Shown here: positions 12,528 through 27,362 of the stretch, piece by piece
Layout of the letters: each line of letters begins with the position of its first letter
How positions within the stretch are numbered: position 1 is the stretch's first letter
NCBI RefSeq assembly: GCF_009914755.1
Contig: NC_060932.1
Source: the human T2T-CHM13v2.0 reference genome, Homo sapiens
Length of the DNA: 64,000 nucleotides
Direction: 5' to 3' (one strand)
Made by a program: the position numbers and the translations under genes
The notes under the pieces: generated by a model
Told to the model about the DNA's origin: nothing
The model's input: the letters and a program-made list of their open reading frames with translations, nothing else
Databases searched by the model: none

Positions 12528-15161
12528 GAAATGTTACTGTTAACTTTCAATCATGTTATGCATCATAACGTTTTTTGTTTAATGAACAGATATGAGCAAA
12601 GGACGTTAATCCCGGTATCTTCTCTAGTTGTAGTTGTGTGTGGTTCTCGAGTGGCTGCGCATGTGAACACGTGTGATTTCTCAGTGTACTGTACTGTGAT
12701 TTGTTTTTATTGCTTGTTTTGTTTCCCCTCAGTGTCTGTAACCCTTAGCAGGCTCTGACCTAGTCAGGCTAGAAGAAGCATAAGGATCTTTTATTGCTTT
12801 GTGCTGGGTGAGGGCTGGCCCTAAACATCTGCCTAATCCTTTCAACGGGCCCAGGAAAAGCCAGACTGGCATCATGTCCACAGCATCGCTTAATATCGTT
12901 GGTTGTCATCCAGACACCTCAATTTGTGCTGCAGAGGAAATAAGTTCCTTCTCACGGATCATCATGATGGATATTGAAACCTCAGGGTGCAGAACTAACA
13001 CCTGTTCATCATCGTGGATGTTAAAGAATTGGGTAACATGCCAAGCGGTAAGCCTTGGATGGGCCATGAGAATATCCTCTAAAAAGCACGCAGTATTGTG
13101 CCCCTCTCACAACCAACACACACGTGACCTGTCCCCTGGCACCCCCAAATTTAAGAGTGGATTGCAAATCTTTTGGAGACCATGGCCCTGCTACATGTAG
13201 AAAAACCTGTTCTGCTATTCCTGGGCCCACAATAAACCCAGAAATTATGTTTTGAGTTACTGTGATTTAAACTCCCTCTCTTCTTAAATGGAACAGCTCA
13301 TTGGGGCTTTCTGGATCTGTTTCCATTTTTCTTTAAAAATAAATTGTGAGCATGCATTGTGGTGATGCAGAGGCAGGCATTCTGTGAGATACAAGCTCCA
13401 GAAGGATTCTCCTCAATGTGTCAGTGTTGGGATGCACACTTCCTAAATAAATCATCATTGTCTCCGTCTTCTCCATTAATAGCGCTCTTTCAGTGTGACA
13501 TGGAAAAGCAGGATGGCATACACCCCACTGAAGGATGTAGGCGGAGGCAGATCTCTCAACCAGGCATATTGCTTCTGTACTGCTCTTCTTTTGCTCTAAG
13601 GTATGGGTTCCCTCAACCTCTTAGCTAGAGACCAGCAAATGTCAGGGAAGCACCCGGTGTCTGGCTCCCCTTCCAAATCAACACCAGTGTCTTGTTACAG
13701 ACAAGAAGTCAGAGGAAAGGGCGGGGTCCCAGCAGGGCAGAAGCCTAAGCTACTATGAGGCACTCACAAGTGGCAGCTCCTGTTACTCCCTCTTAAATTA
13801 TGTGGGAAATCTTAACGGAAGGGCAATGGGCCCCAGGAATACCTGCAGCGTAGTGACCTCAGATCCTGATACTCACCATGAAACTCTAAGATACTGATTG
13901 GAAGCGACTTGTGGCTGCTGGCTGTGTGTGTGACTCTGCCGGGGACCCTGGCAGCCCCCCTGTAGCTGTCTTGATGCCTCTCTGTCACCCACATCATCTG
14001 CCTACTTAACGCCCAGCTCTGCTCAGAAAACGTTATGTCCTGTGTCGAGGAGAGACGACGCAAAATTCTGAAGTCCATTTCCCTCTGGCTCCTGGCATAC
14101 CCTCGCTCCTTTTCTGAGCCCAGCTCGTGGTGTGCCAGAGCCTGTGTGGTCCCCTGACTTCTGCACAGTGTAGAACTTTCTCCAATAGTCACAATGGCAA
14201 AGGGAGAACTGGGGGGCTGGCAGGTAATTAGAATTTCTCTCCCTCTCTCTTTTAATACTTTCATTTTGAATGTCTTATTTGTTCATGTGTATGTTTTAAC
14301 TTAAAAAATTCTTTCTGATATTTTTAATTTTGTGTCATAAGAATGTTTTCCTCTACAGTATTTGTCATACCAGTTTATAACCACAGAAATGCAGAGATTT
14401 TATTTCTATTGGAAACATTACTACAGCTATGTTTTACTTTTGAACAGAATTTTTACTTGTATAGGGTGCTTACTAATGTTAAATAGTTTGGAGTATATAA
14501 CATTTACATTAAGGACTCATGGTAGGTTAAAACCCTAAAGGGTAAGGGGTTTAAAGGAAATAAATATTCAAACTGAGTCTTATTGCCAATTTTGGTGTAA
14601 ATGAGTTTGTGTCATTTCAATTACAAAGATAAAAGTATGCCATATAATTTATGTAAAATTTGTTTTTGTGGTGTACATAATAGTTATCAAGTCTGTTGAC
14701 AGAAGTATATTTTAAAAGAATATACATGTGATGAATCCATAATATCTGAAACTTTGCTGAGATATGAGTGGGGCACACTTCATTGTAAATTACAGCAAGG
14801 AAAGAAATTAAGGAAAGAAGTTAAGAGAGTGAGAGTGAGTGGATATTCACACAATTGTTAAATGTTTATTAGTTACCTTTTGTGATGTAGTGTGGTTCTC
14901 ATTTTAAACCTTGGAAGGTGAAAATGTACAAACTATAAATATGAATGTTCAAACACTGACAGAAATTCTAATATGAATTAAAAAATAACGAAAAAACAAC
15001 AATATATTTTATCTTACTAATTATGAACTTGGTTATTCTATTATTCATTCTAATGAATATTTTAAGTGATGGTTTAATTTTATTCACATATAGTTGCCAT
15101 TAAAAGGTTAACTCTCTCATAAAAACATTTTTTCTATTTTAACATTCTTTGCCTCTCATTT

Positions 15162-16211
15162 TTTCCTTTCTTGCACGACAGAGTCTTTACTTTTAAATTA
15201 TTTTCAGTACACCAAGTAATAACATGAATTCTATCACATAGTAATTTTGATTAAGAGAAACTAACAGCAGCCTAAGCAATTACAGCAGTAGTCACTGTTC
15301 TAAGCCTTGGAAGGAATGGACTCCTTTAAGGCTGGCTGCTGCTTCACACAGGTTACATATAACTATTTACCACTTTTTCATTGACCTTCAAGAAAGTATT
15401 AGAGGAAAAATACTTAATCCCTTCCTTTCTTCAAAGATTGTTTTGTTGTTGTTGTTTTACTAGATCTAAAAAAGAAAAAGTCAACATTGCTATATGTTAC
15501 TTGAGCCAAAAGGCATAGGAAAACAGACAGCACATAACCATTAAATTCCTAAGAAACATGAAGTAAAAGGATGACACATTTAGTTCTATGTCTGCACAAG
15601 AAACTGGATTTGCTGCTCTCCATAAAGTGAAGGGACCAACTATACAACATACAGAAATAATTAAATGCCTTCTCATTAGAATATAACTAGAGCTTGCTAA
15701 AGTTTCTTATTTCATGAGGGCAGCTAAAATGCCAGTCCATGGAACAGGCGCTTCTCCTCCTATCCATTTATGCCGTAGTTTTCATGAATTTCTGGCTGGA
15801 TGCCGCAAAGGCCAAGAGGTTATCCACACCCTCTTCCCTGTTCCGCTGAAAGTAGGTCTGGAGGATGGTCATTTTATCCTGGGTCTCCTCCACTTCCGTG
15901 CTGCAGCTGCCTTGGGGTCCCAGTGCCACAGCTTCCTTGGCCTTGAACTCTTTCTCCCTCTGCAGGTGGCACTATTCAATTTCAGCCTGAACTGCCACTT
16001 TGGCCTGCTTCAGCCTCTGGTTCTTTTGGCTGCAGGCCTCTGACACCTTCTCAACGGCCTGCTTCTCAACCTGCAGCAGCTGCTGGATGCCCTGTGACTG
16101 ACTGGCTATGACAGTGGTGATTCTGAGACAAAGGCAAGTGGCCTAAATCAGTTCAAAGGACCCTGGGGTCAGCTGACCCACCCAACCACAGTCTGCACCT
16201 GCGCCCTGCCA
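15162..16211 (-). pseudogene. ATP6V1G1P2: ATP6V1G1 (V-ATPase subunit G1) processed pseudogene; CDS remnant 16109-15760
   Basis: Translation (I)[47 protein letters not shown]; ATG>ATA, internal stop, intronless, 3'UTR and polyA remnant; TSD cctctcattt at 15152-15161 and 16212-16221. The P2 number is from recall. Confidence 0.9.
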
Positions 16212-16784
16212 CCTCTCATTTCTTACAAGTAAGTCACCACCACACAGCAGAAATTTTATAAGTTATAGCACAAAGTGAGCACATTAAGTATTTTTAAAAT
16301 CTTTAAAATATGTCTTATAAGTAATCTTACACAGTGTGTTACCTATTCATATGTTACATCTTAACAGATGTATTTGGACAATCAGATTTCCTTCACATTA
16401 AAGATGGTGTTGATATTTTTCCAAGAAGGTATTTTAAACCTGTTAGGGAAGTTTCTATAGTGTGGAACAATTCTTCTTTATAAAGTGATATTTTATGCAT
16501 GTTATTAAAATATCAAATCAGAAACTAGATCAAGCTCTGGGAAAACACTTCATTTACTTTTATATTATTTATATCTGATGCCTACTATAAATTATTTGCT
16601 GTATCTGTGCAGATACTCTTAACTCATAGAAACAGATATTTCTGAATATACATTAAAACAGATTATCTTTGTACGCTAACATTTATTTTAATAAAAGAAA
16701 TTGGTAAGAACAACATGTTACATGTTGGCAAATCTAAGAGCGCTCAGTTTGACTCTCCATCATAGCACTCACAGAATTTACTCC

Positions 16785-16912
16785 TGTGCTCACTAGACAC
16801 AATTTCTATAAGGAGAAAGTCTGTTTTATTCACCAACAAATAGCCAGCATCTGACACAGGAGTACGTGGCACAGAGCAGGTGTTCAGTAAATATTTGTCA
16901 ATAATTGAACAA
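16785..16912 (+). mobile_element. L2 3' end fragment inside the unidentified insert
   Basis: ggcacagagcaggtgttcagtaaatatttgtcaa, an L2 tail motif. Confidence 0.65.
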
Positions 16913-18438
16913 ACATTTTCTCCAGCAAGTCAAAAAAAAGTGACCTTAAATAAATGGAACGAGAATAGCAACTGTTTTATTATACAACAAAAGGAGCTTT
17001 TTGCAAACATTCTAGGATTACTTATCATAAGTAGGTGAAGAGTGCAACAAAAGTAATTTCCTCCAAAAATAAATAAATTCTCATAATGGGAAAAAAAAAG
17101 ATAAACAGTGACACTTTATTCTACAAGCCTAGTAAGTAATATTTACAATATAAACTAATTTTAAACCACCAGAATGCTAAGTAAGGCAATTCCAAAACTA
17201 TTGTTTCACAAATTTACTACAGAACGCATTCTCGTTCTGACAACACTCCTAACCTTAGATGAATATACTTTTTAACAACGTTACTGAACTCATAATATAA
17301 AACGTCTGATCAATTTATCATTTTTATCCTTGAATCTATGTTAGAGAGTTTTAAAGATAAAAGAAACGTATTAGATTCAAGTCATTTTAAAAAATTGTGT
17401 GACTTAAAACAGCTATTACATAATTAATACATTTGGAACAGCATTGATTGTTTTCGGATATATGTATTTCACATAGCATTGTTGGAATGGTGGCCACAAC
17501 CTGCCAGCTCACACGGCTTTATCTGCCCCAGATGCTGATGGCCACCACAGTCACCACTGGGCCATGCAGGGGAAACTCCAGTGCCTGGGTTTCACAGTGC
17601 CACTGCCAGACCACCTGCATGTGAGGATGGCTGACAAGGAGAAAGCCTTGGTAAGGTCATCCTTGGCCCAGCCAATGCCACAGGCTCAGGCTCCTGCCTC
17701 TGCTCCCCGCTTCTACCCCGAGGAGTGTGGGACATGGATGCTGCCCCAACCTGTAACATCACACCACCCAAGAAGGCAGGGACATCAGTGGTCCATGCCA
17801 TGAAGGAAACTTCTAATGAATTTGTAGTAAAATCTCTTATCTTCTAGGTAGAATATGTGACATTCTTAAATTAAACAAATGAATCTTCATTTTGAAATAT
17901 CGTTATTCTTTTTGTTATTTCTACTATGATTTGACAGTATTCCAGGTTAAATTTGTTCTTAACAGCTCTGTCAGCAGCCGTCATGGGTGGTTCTAGATTA
18001 ACATAGAAACAGTCCTAGTATCTCACCTTGAGGACTAATGCTTTTCTCTATTCCTTAGTTGTTTTTAATGGCTCATGGTTCTGGATGCCTCCTTCCCCCC
18101 ATTTGAGCAGCACAGCAGAAAGAAAAAAAAAAGGCTGCTGGATACCTCCTTTCCAGTGGCCCACAAGGGTGTGGATGAAAGTATAAGGCAGGGGACAGAG
18201 TGCAGGGCCTGGCTGGGTAGGGCTGACCCAGGAGGCTGATCCAGGGGTGGGGCACCCCATCTAGGTTAAAGACGCACTGTCATTAAGACACTAGGGAATT
18301 ATAATCTATTTCATTAATTTTATATTTATTTTTATGAAGACATTGACTGAAATTAATGGGAAGTTTCTTCAGCATTTATTGAAATGCTTATTTAATATTT
18401 TTATATTTGAATATTTTGCAGATGAGGTCAATGCTTCA

Positions 18439-18927
<489 letters not shown>

Positions 18928-19728
18928 TTATTATAAACATTTAATTTTATTTATTTTGGCTCTGTTAATTTATTTTTATCACTGATCTTCATGTTTGAGT
19001 CCCAACACCTGCTAGGCAACATGACATACTCCCCCATTTCCAGCATCTTCCAGGAAACCCACAGAGCCAAGGCTGGTGCCTTCACTGAGTCATGAAGAAA
19101 TGAGGATGCTTGTCTTATTTTCCCACCTAAAATGTCTTAGATTTATCCCACACCTTGGCAATCTCACATGGTCAGGGGCTCAAGGTCATGAGCAGCACTA
19201 ATGACTGGGTCCACTGGTGTCTGGCTCCCCTCTCTGCCCTCCAGCCAAGTTTATTTCTGTGACTCTTAGAGCAGCCTCACCCCATGGTTTTCTGTTCCTC
19301 CAGGAAGATTATTTTAAAATGAGTGATGGTTCATCGCTAATATAGAGAATAGAGCTCTCTCCTGCATGCGGGTGCTGTATCCAGGGCCCAGACTGACGCC
19401 CTCTGAGCAGAAGCATCTCCATATCACTCCTGGACCCTGAGCTGGGCATGGCCTGAACCAGCCTCTTTGGGCCTCCTCCAAAGTCTCCACTGAGAGATTT
19501 TTAGCTTTAAACAAAACATTTCTTCCTGAATAACCATGAACAGAGTGAAAAGAAATGAGAAGTGAACTGATTTAAAAGTTAAACTGAAGAAAATGGTACC
19601 ACATTGTCAGATCCATTTGGGAAAATCAGTTGCTATTTAAAGATCTGACAACAGAAGTCACCCCCTGAGCTGGACTTGGTCAGAACCACTAGCGGGGTGA
19701 CTGCGCCAGGCAAGGGGAAAAGAGAGTA

Positions 19729-20249
19729 GGTTAGCGCCTCACTTCCCCATGGGTCTGGGGCACTGTGTAAGCCTGCAAGCTGCTACAACAATAATAGTAA
19801 GCCTTGTCCTCAGGCTGCAGCCCAAGGATGTGCAGAATCCCTGCATTGGCTGAGGCATCTTTGGATCCAGAGAAGCAGATGGGACCCCAGAGCCCTGTAG
19901 CTTACTAGAGTTTGAGGAGTATCTCAAGAGAAACCTGGGAGGACTCCCTGGCCTCTGCTGGAAGCAGTACATTGCAGTCACCAACACTGAAGCCCCACTG
20001 CTCAGGGTGCAGGTGAGTGTGGCTGATGCTCCAGGCAATGCAGTGAGGGAGGGCGCTGAGTCAGCACAGGCTGGGAGAAAGAACTGCAGACGCAGACTCA
20101 CATGGGGGCTGGGGCGGGGCCAGGGTGAAGTCCCTTGGGGGTCTGAGCCAGAGGGGCTGACAAGCTAAGGAGCTCACCCTGGACAACCAAATTCTGTCCT
20201 CACCTGTGCAATAATGGTGGAGCATGAAGAAGACAGTTGTCCAGGCCAC
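19729..20249 (-). pseudogene. IGLV5/clan IV-like V pseudogene (leader 20249-20204; V exon ~20083-19768; RSS 19767-19729)
   Basis: Leader (V)AWTTVFFMLHHYCT|GT with ATG>GTG; QPVLTQ..ASATLTCTLSSG..FQQRPGSPPRFLLRYSSNSSKLQGSGVP..FSGSKDASANAGILHILGLQPEDKAYYYC with frameshifts; CACAGTG + 23 nt + degenerate nonamer gcgctaacc; decayed octamer acttgtat at 20337-20344. Confidence 0.9.
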
Positions 20250-20847
20250 AGTGGACACAGTACTCTTGCCTGTAATGAAGGCTGCTGGTTCAGGCCTCTT
20301 TTTATCTTTGTTGCTCTGAAAGAGGAGGAGATGTTTATACAAGTGTGTTCTCCTCCTGGTGATCTCTGTTCCACCTGAGAAGACAGCTGCAGTCTGACAT
20401 TTATTCTTTAGACACAGGAGGCTGGTGGGTGAGATGCAAAGTTTGTCCCATGGGAGGATCAGACAGGAAGCAGATACTAGAACCCTCTACAGACTCTGCC
20501 CCTCTCAGGGAGGACACAGTGCTGAGTCGTCATAGCAACACAGGCACCAATGCCCAGCCCTTGGGAGTTTGGAGGGTAGCACAGATGGCATGCAGGACCC
20601 TGAAGGGGGCACATGGGGCCCATCACTGCTGGCACAGAGCCTGACACAGGGAGGGTATAGCCGCCTGTGCATGGCGACAAGTGACTGGCATTTTCCATTT
20701 ACCATAGATCCCTGTTTCTGATATCTAAGGGGGCTGCGCTATCTCCTCTGCTAACACCCTCCGTCCACCTTCTCAGAGGAAAACCTACACAAGCAAACAA
20801 TGATAAAAATAATAACAATGCATTTACATCACCAATCTACTTGCTGA

Positions 20848-21189
20848 ATTTTTGTTTTGTTTTGTTTTTTGAGCACCATGTTGCCCATGCTGTGGTGCAG
20901 TGGCAGGATCTCAGCTCACAGCAGGAAGCCTCGACCTTCCAGGCTTGAGCAATCCTCCAATCTCAGCCTCCTTAGTAGCTGGGACTACAGGCACAGCCCA
21001 GCATGCCTGGCTAATTTTAATTATTTTTAATTAAATAATTTTAGTTACATTTAAATTTAATAATTTTCACTGGAGATTAGATCTCACTATGTTGCCCTGG
21101 GTGGTACTGAACTCCTGGGATCAAGAGATCCTACCACCTTGACCTCGTAAAGTAGTTGGGATTACAGGTGTGAGCCACTGCATCTGGCC
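20848..21189 (-). mobile_element. AluJ
   Basis: Diverged Alu with an expanded AT-rich linker. Confidence 0.9.
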
Positions 21190-21220
21190 TGAATTTTTTT
21201 TATTTGATGTCCTCAGATAA

Positions 21221-21532
<312 letters not shown>

Positions 21533-22251
21533 TGTTGTACCATTTGTTCAAATTTTCTTTTATATAATTTACTAAATTTACTAGTTATTTTCTAATAGAT
21601 AAATTCAATGTTTATTTTTGTCTACTGAGACCAAAAAATAAGGATTTTGAACTCTTTATAATACATTTTATTTCATTAGTTGCAAATTTGGCAATTCTAA
21701 AATTCATTCTAATAAATTTTCAGTACCATGTATTCTATTCTTGGTAGATATTCATAGCATTCAAAACTTTTAAAATAAATGAATTCTGTCTTTATAATAT
21801 TCATATCCATTTTTATTGCCTCTGTTATTGAATTGGCAGAAATTCCAGGTTAAAATCTTGCACAATAGCTGTATCTGTAGCCATCATGTAGGATCCCAGA
21901 TTAAAATGCAAACAATCCTAGTAGTTTTCCTTTAGAAGTAATGATTTCCTCTAGTCTAAAAATACACAATCTGTAAGAAATTACAGAAGTATATTTCATT
22001 TCTTACTTTCTAGGTTATTTTCATTAAGGCAAGAAAGATAATTAAACTTAATGGGAAGCCTCATAAGCATTTATTAGGAAAATCATGTGTGTATTTCAAT
22101 TTGAATCTTTTGCAATGAGAAAGAAGCCAACAAAATGACCTTAAGAAATCCCCATCTCCCACCCTCTCAACTGATCCCACCTTTATCTCTCTGGGTCACC
22201 ATGAGGTGTCTTCTCCACTGATCCTCATGTTTGAGCTCCAACACCTTCTAA

Positions 22252-22589
<338 letters not shown>

Positions 22590-23357
22590 AGGCCAGTGTC
22601 TTAATTGTGTGATAAGTACACGGGGTAGTTGTTTTCTTTGTCCTCATAAACTGTCATGGATTTCTCCTGACCTGGATAATAAACCGCACATTTGCAATCT
22701 CAACACAGCCATGAGACCAGGGAGTCAGGACTAAAAACTCAGGTGCCAGACACAGGTAGGGCTGGTTGGTTTCTTTTCACAGGGCTTCCTGTGCAGGACA
22801 GTCTTGAAATTTGCCCTCAGGTGTGTTAGATCCCCCACAGCACCTCCTTTATCTCACTGAGAGGTTCTCTGAGGTGACCCCAGAACCCAGGCAAGTAGAG
22901 GAAGCTCCTGGATCTAGGGTGGCCAGGAGACAGACTCAGGGGAGGGGAGCAGGGAGGGAGCCTGAGGTCGGCTCAGCAAAGCTCAGCCGTGCAGTCACAG
23001 GTCATCCCCAGGTGGCTCCAAGTCTTTGTCACCGCTCAGTCCTCCTCATCTTGCCAGCGTCATGTTAAGAGACACTGTTCAGGACAAGTATATATATGTT
23101 CTGAGTGGATCTCAGTGGAACTGTGATCCGCTGGGATAATCTGTGATAAGATGTAGAGGATGGGGAAGGCTGATCCCTATGTCTTACAAAGATCCTAAGA
23201 ACCAGAGCTGCAGGTAGGTCAGCTCAGTGAGAGGGAGAAGAGATTCTGGAGCCAATCCTACAGGAGATGGTCTCTAATAACAGAAATATTCATATGAGCT
23301 ACTAAATGTACCCTAAGAAAACTTATGGTCTTGGAAATTCCTAAAGGGGCTTATGTC

Positions 23358-23494
23358 TTTTTTTTTTTTTTTTTGTAGTGATGGAATCTCACTATGTGGA
23401 AGAGGATGGTCTCAAACTCTTGGCCTCAAGCAATCCTCGTGCCTCAGCCTCCCAAAGTATTAGTTATTATAGGCATGAGTCACCACACCTGGCA
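23358..23494 (-). mobile_element. FLAM / Alu left monomer
   Basis: Poly-T plus single monomer. Confidence 0.85.
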
Positions 23495-24161
23495 CCTAAG
23501 AACGTATGTTTTTGGAAATTCCTCCCATCTCTGTCTGCAGAAATAAAGTTATAAATTTGTCCATGGCTTGAGATTTTAAGTCTGTTTCTGAGCATTCTGG
23601 AGGTTTTGAATGGGAATTTAGGAGAGGGGGGTCATGGAATATTACCTGAGATCATTTTAAACAGAGATTCCCCAGGAATAATTTCATAATAATAAAAGTA
23701 GGCTCTTCCCAAATATTAATGCTAACAAAAATCTCATGTACATCTTGTTAAATACAAATTACTAGGCACCAACACAAATTTCTGATTCAGTAGGTCTAGG
23801 TTGGAGAATTGCATTTTTAACAAGGCACTTGGCAAGGCCCTTACTTCAGTAATAAATGAAATACTAAATTGGTCTCCATGGACAAATTAATGAATGAGCA
23901 TATGTCAGTTGATTCTCTTTGAATAAGAAGAGTCTTCCTGGAGCACAGGCGTCTCTGTGACTCACCGTGAGTTTACATATTCATGGAAGCGTCACACTGG
24001 GGAGATGGACACACCTTGGGAGAGACTAGATAAGGCACCTGGCAGTGAACCCTTGCACAGGACACTGGGGCAAGGAGGTTCCCAGCTCATGGTGTTGACA
24101 TTCCCACCCTCTCAACTTCTCTCTTGCTTCTAAGGGCTGAATCTTTCTGAGTATGTAAAGA

Positions 24162-24200
24162 GGTTTTAGTTGCACCTCCTCATGGGTTTAAATCACTGTG
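24162..24200 (-). promoter_or_regulatory. V(D)J recombination signal sequence, 23-bp spacer
   Basis: CACAGTG (24200-24194) + atttaaacccatgaggaggtgca (23 nt) + ACTAAAACC (24170-24162). Confidence 0.93.
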
Positions 24201-24654
24201 GAATTGCCACTACCCATGTACAGCACACAGTAATGATCAGAGTCATCATCTACTGAGTCCCCGTGATGGTGAGGGCAGCTTTGTTCCCAAGGATGGAGCC
24301 AGAGAAGCGACCAGGGACCCCAGAAGGGCAGGTGTTTGGGCTGCAGATGAGCATGTGTGGAGCCTGGCCTGGGGTCTGCTGGTACCACCTGGGGTAGTGA
24401 CTGGTAGAGACTGAGCCAGAGCTCAGGGCACAGGTGAGTGTGACCGTCCCTCCAGGAGACCCTGAGAGTGATGGCTCCTGGGTCACCACAGACTGAGAAT
24501 CCACCCCTAAAACCAACAAGAGAGACAGAGTTATGGTCATGGGGATAAGGGTAACCTGGATCCTGCTTTGTGTGGTCCCTCCAGGGATGCAGAGTCCCTT
24601 TCCCTGACCTGACCCATAAGCAAGGAGCCCAAGGAGAAGCATCATGCAGGCCAT
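24201..24654 (-). pseudogene. IGLV8OR8-1: IGLV8-family orphon V pseudogene (leader 24654-24609; intron 24608-24507; V exon 24506-24201)
   Basis: [15 protein letters not shown]|[50 protein letters not shown]...[19 protein letters not shown]; a 1-nt deletion gives TAG at 24252-24250; ..DDSDHYCVLYMGSG continues in another frame; very close to IGLV8-61. The symbol is from recall. Confidence 0.92.
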
Positions 24655-24752
24655 GGTGGGGACAGTCACGTGGGCCAGGCTTCTCCGCTGGGGTTTGTTG
24701 TCCTCATGGCCTTTTCATGGCTCTACAGACCCAACAGGGGAAAAAGTTATTT

Positions 24753-24760
24753 ATGCAAAT
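24753..24760 (-). promoter_or_regulatory. Ig light-chain promoter octamer ATTTGCAT
   Basis: Perfect octamer about 100 bp upstream of the leader ATG, in light-chain orientation. Confidence 0.9.
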
Positions 24761-25594
24761 CAGCTTCCCCTCCCTTCCTGCAGCAGTTTTCACCCTGCTG
24801 TCCCCTAAGAGAGACCTTGAGAGAGGCAGATGCTGAGACCTCACACAGACCCACGACCACACAGGGCTGAGACACTGAGGAATGAGTGTTGATGCCTCTC
24901 CCCAAATCAGCTCTTCCAAGCCCTTGGTGACCTCAATCCAACTTTCCTTCTCTGGAAAGCTCAAGGGCTGAAGGAGGGAGATAGGTGTTTTCTCCTTCCT
25001 GCCACATAATCTTGTTTATGGCAAACCTAACCCCATCCTTGGGAGCATTTTCTTCCCTCCCCAGTGAAATGATTGCTACTTTCTTTGGGAGTGAGTAGCA
25101 GGGCCTCCTTCCTCCAGCAGAGGGCACACTGGGAATCCACAGAGCTGTGTCTGGGGTGGGCTCTCTAACCACGTCCCAAAGCAGGGTCTGACTCTGTCCC
25201 AGGCGTTGTCTTCAGTAACCTCAGTGTGGGGCCCAGGGCTGAGGGGACCTAGGCACGGAGCAGCACTGCCAGGCTGGGGGTGAACTCTCTCACACACTAA
25301 GAAGCCATCAATGGTAAGGAGGACCTCCAGCAGAATTGCAGATTTTGAGGAGAAAGATGATAAATTTACCATTATATTATGGGATTTATCCCAACATCAA
25401 AAATAGCAAACTAGGAAAACACGCATCACATAACCGGAAATAGAAATGGCACTGTGTGTGAACAAGTTAGTGTGAGCATCACGGAGCAGCTTAAAACACC
25501 TGATGCCGTGAATCCCTCAGCAGTTCCTCCATCAGCAGAGTTTTCTTTCTTAAAATGAGTGTCGGAGAGAAGGGATAAATTGGTGGCACACAGG

Positions 25595-25930
25595 ATTTTT
25601 ATGTGAGAACTATTCTGTAGGGCACATAATGGTAGATACGAGACACTATGCCTTTCTCAGAACTCTCAGAGTGCATAATGCAAAGCTGAAGCCTAATGTA
25701 GGTTATAGATTTTAGTTAATAACTATTATTATTTGTCAATAATAATTATTATTATTTGTCAATTATAATAATTATTATTTGTCAATTATAACAAACATAC
25801 CACACCAATGCAAGATGTTAACAATAAGAGAAACTGGGTGACCACAGTCTAAGAATGCTTAGAAACTATGTGTGCTCTCCGCTGAATTTCTGTAAGCTTA
25901 AAACTTCTCTAAAAATAGTCTATTAATTAA
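25595..25930 (+). mobile_element. L1MC-type 3' end fragment
   Basis: ataccacaccaatgcaagatgttaacaataag...aaaacttctctaaaaatagtctatt. Confidence 0.7.
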
Positions 25931-26077
25931 AAAGATTGAGTGTTCACTTTTCCATCAATTATAAAAATTACCATGAAATCAAATGGTCTTTCTTTGACAA
26001 TATTTGCAGAGTCAAATTCAGTTGAATTTTGCCTTGAAAGAGGGTTTCCTTTTAAAAGACATATTAAATCCATTAAT

Positions 26078-26290
26078 GTGCACACACACAGACACACACA
26101 GTCACACATACACATATACACACACAGAGACGCACATGCACATATACACAGATACGCACACACACACACATGCCCAGGCACACAGGCACGTACACACACA
26201 TATAGACAGATATGCACCATCACACATACACACGTGCACACATGTAGAGTCACACAAGCACACATACACAGATGCACACTCACACACATG
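26078..26290. repeat. Degenerate (CA)n low-complexity tract
   Basis: Direct reading. Confidence 0.9.
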
Positions 26291-26457
26291 TCCTCACATG
26301 ATTCCAAAACAGAGCAATGTCCTGCATGTGTCCAGTCAGGCTTCCTCCCACAGCACAATAGGGTCAGTGGGGAAGCCCCTTTGCTTCTTCCTCTCATTCC
26401 ACCAAAGCACTGTTGGGTGCAGGGGCCATGGCCGTGCTTACAAGAACCCCACAGGCC

Positions 26458-26917
<460 letters not shown>

Positions 26918-27179
26918 TCAATCTTGCATGTCTCAAGATAATCTGTGGAGCTTCATAAATGTATAGCTCCTTGGGTGAAAATTCTGATTCAGGAGGTCAG
27001 GTGAGGTATAGATTTCCATAGTACAGAAAATAAAAGTTCCTCGGATGGTTCTGATGTTGAGCCAAGATGTATAAATCACTAAAATAAGCCATTGGAAAAC
27101 ATGATTGATTGTAAGGATATGGGTATGGATAAGGATTTAGGAGATGCCCTGAGGTCCTCTCTCTTCCAGAACCTTATTC

Positions 27180-27362
27180 TTTTCTTCATAGGCATGTGCC
27201 ATGCTTGGTAATTTCACATTAACTTGTTTTGTGTCTGTCTCCCTCACTAGAATGTCAGCTTCTTAAGGGCAGGCACTGTGGCTGCTGTATTCACACCAAT
27301 ACTCCCGGTACCAGTATCTGGGAAGGCCTAGTGCTCAATAAATATTCACTGAATGAATGACA
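27180..27362 (+). mobile_element. L2 3' end
   Basis: ctagaatgtcagcttc...gtgctcaataaatattcactgaatgaatga. Confidence 0.8.

Larger units (their letters stand above)
15059..17810 (-). pseudogene. Unidentified ~2.75-kb TSD-flanked insert, probably a retrocopy (about 1.7 kb excluding the nested ATP6V1G1 copy)
   Basis: TSD ttctaatgaat at 15048-15058 and 17811-17821; absent from the paralogous unit at about 21700; AT-rich UTR-like body with minus-strand AATAAA near 15080 and 17115; more GC-rich end at 17480-17810. Confidence 0.6.
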
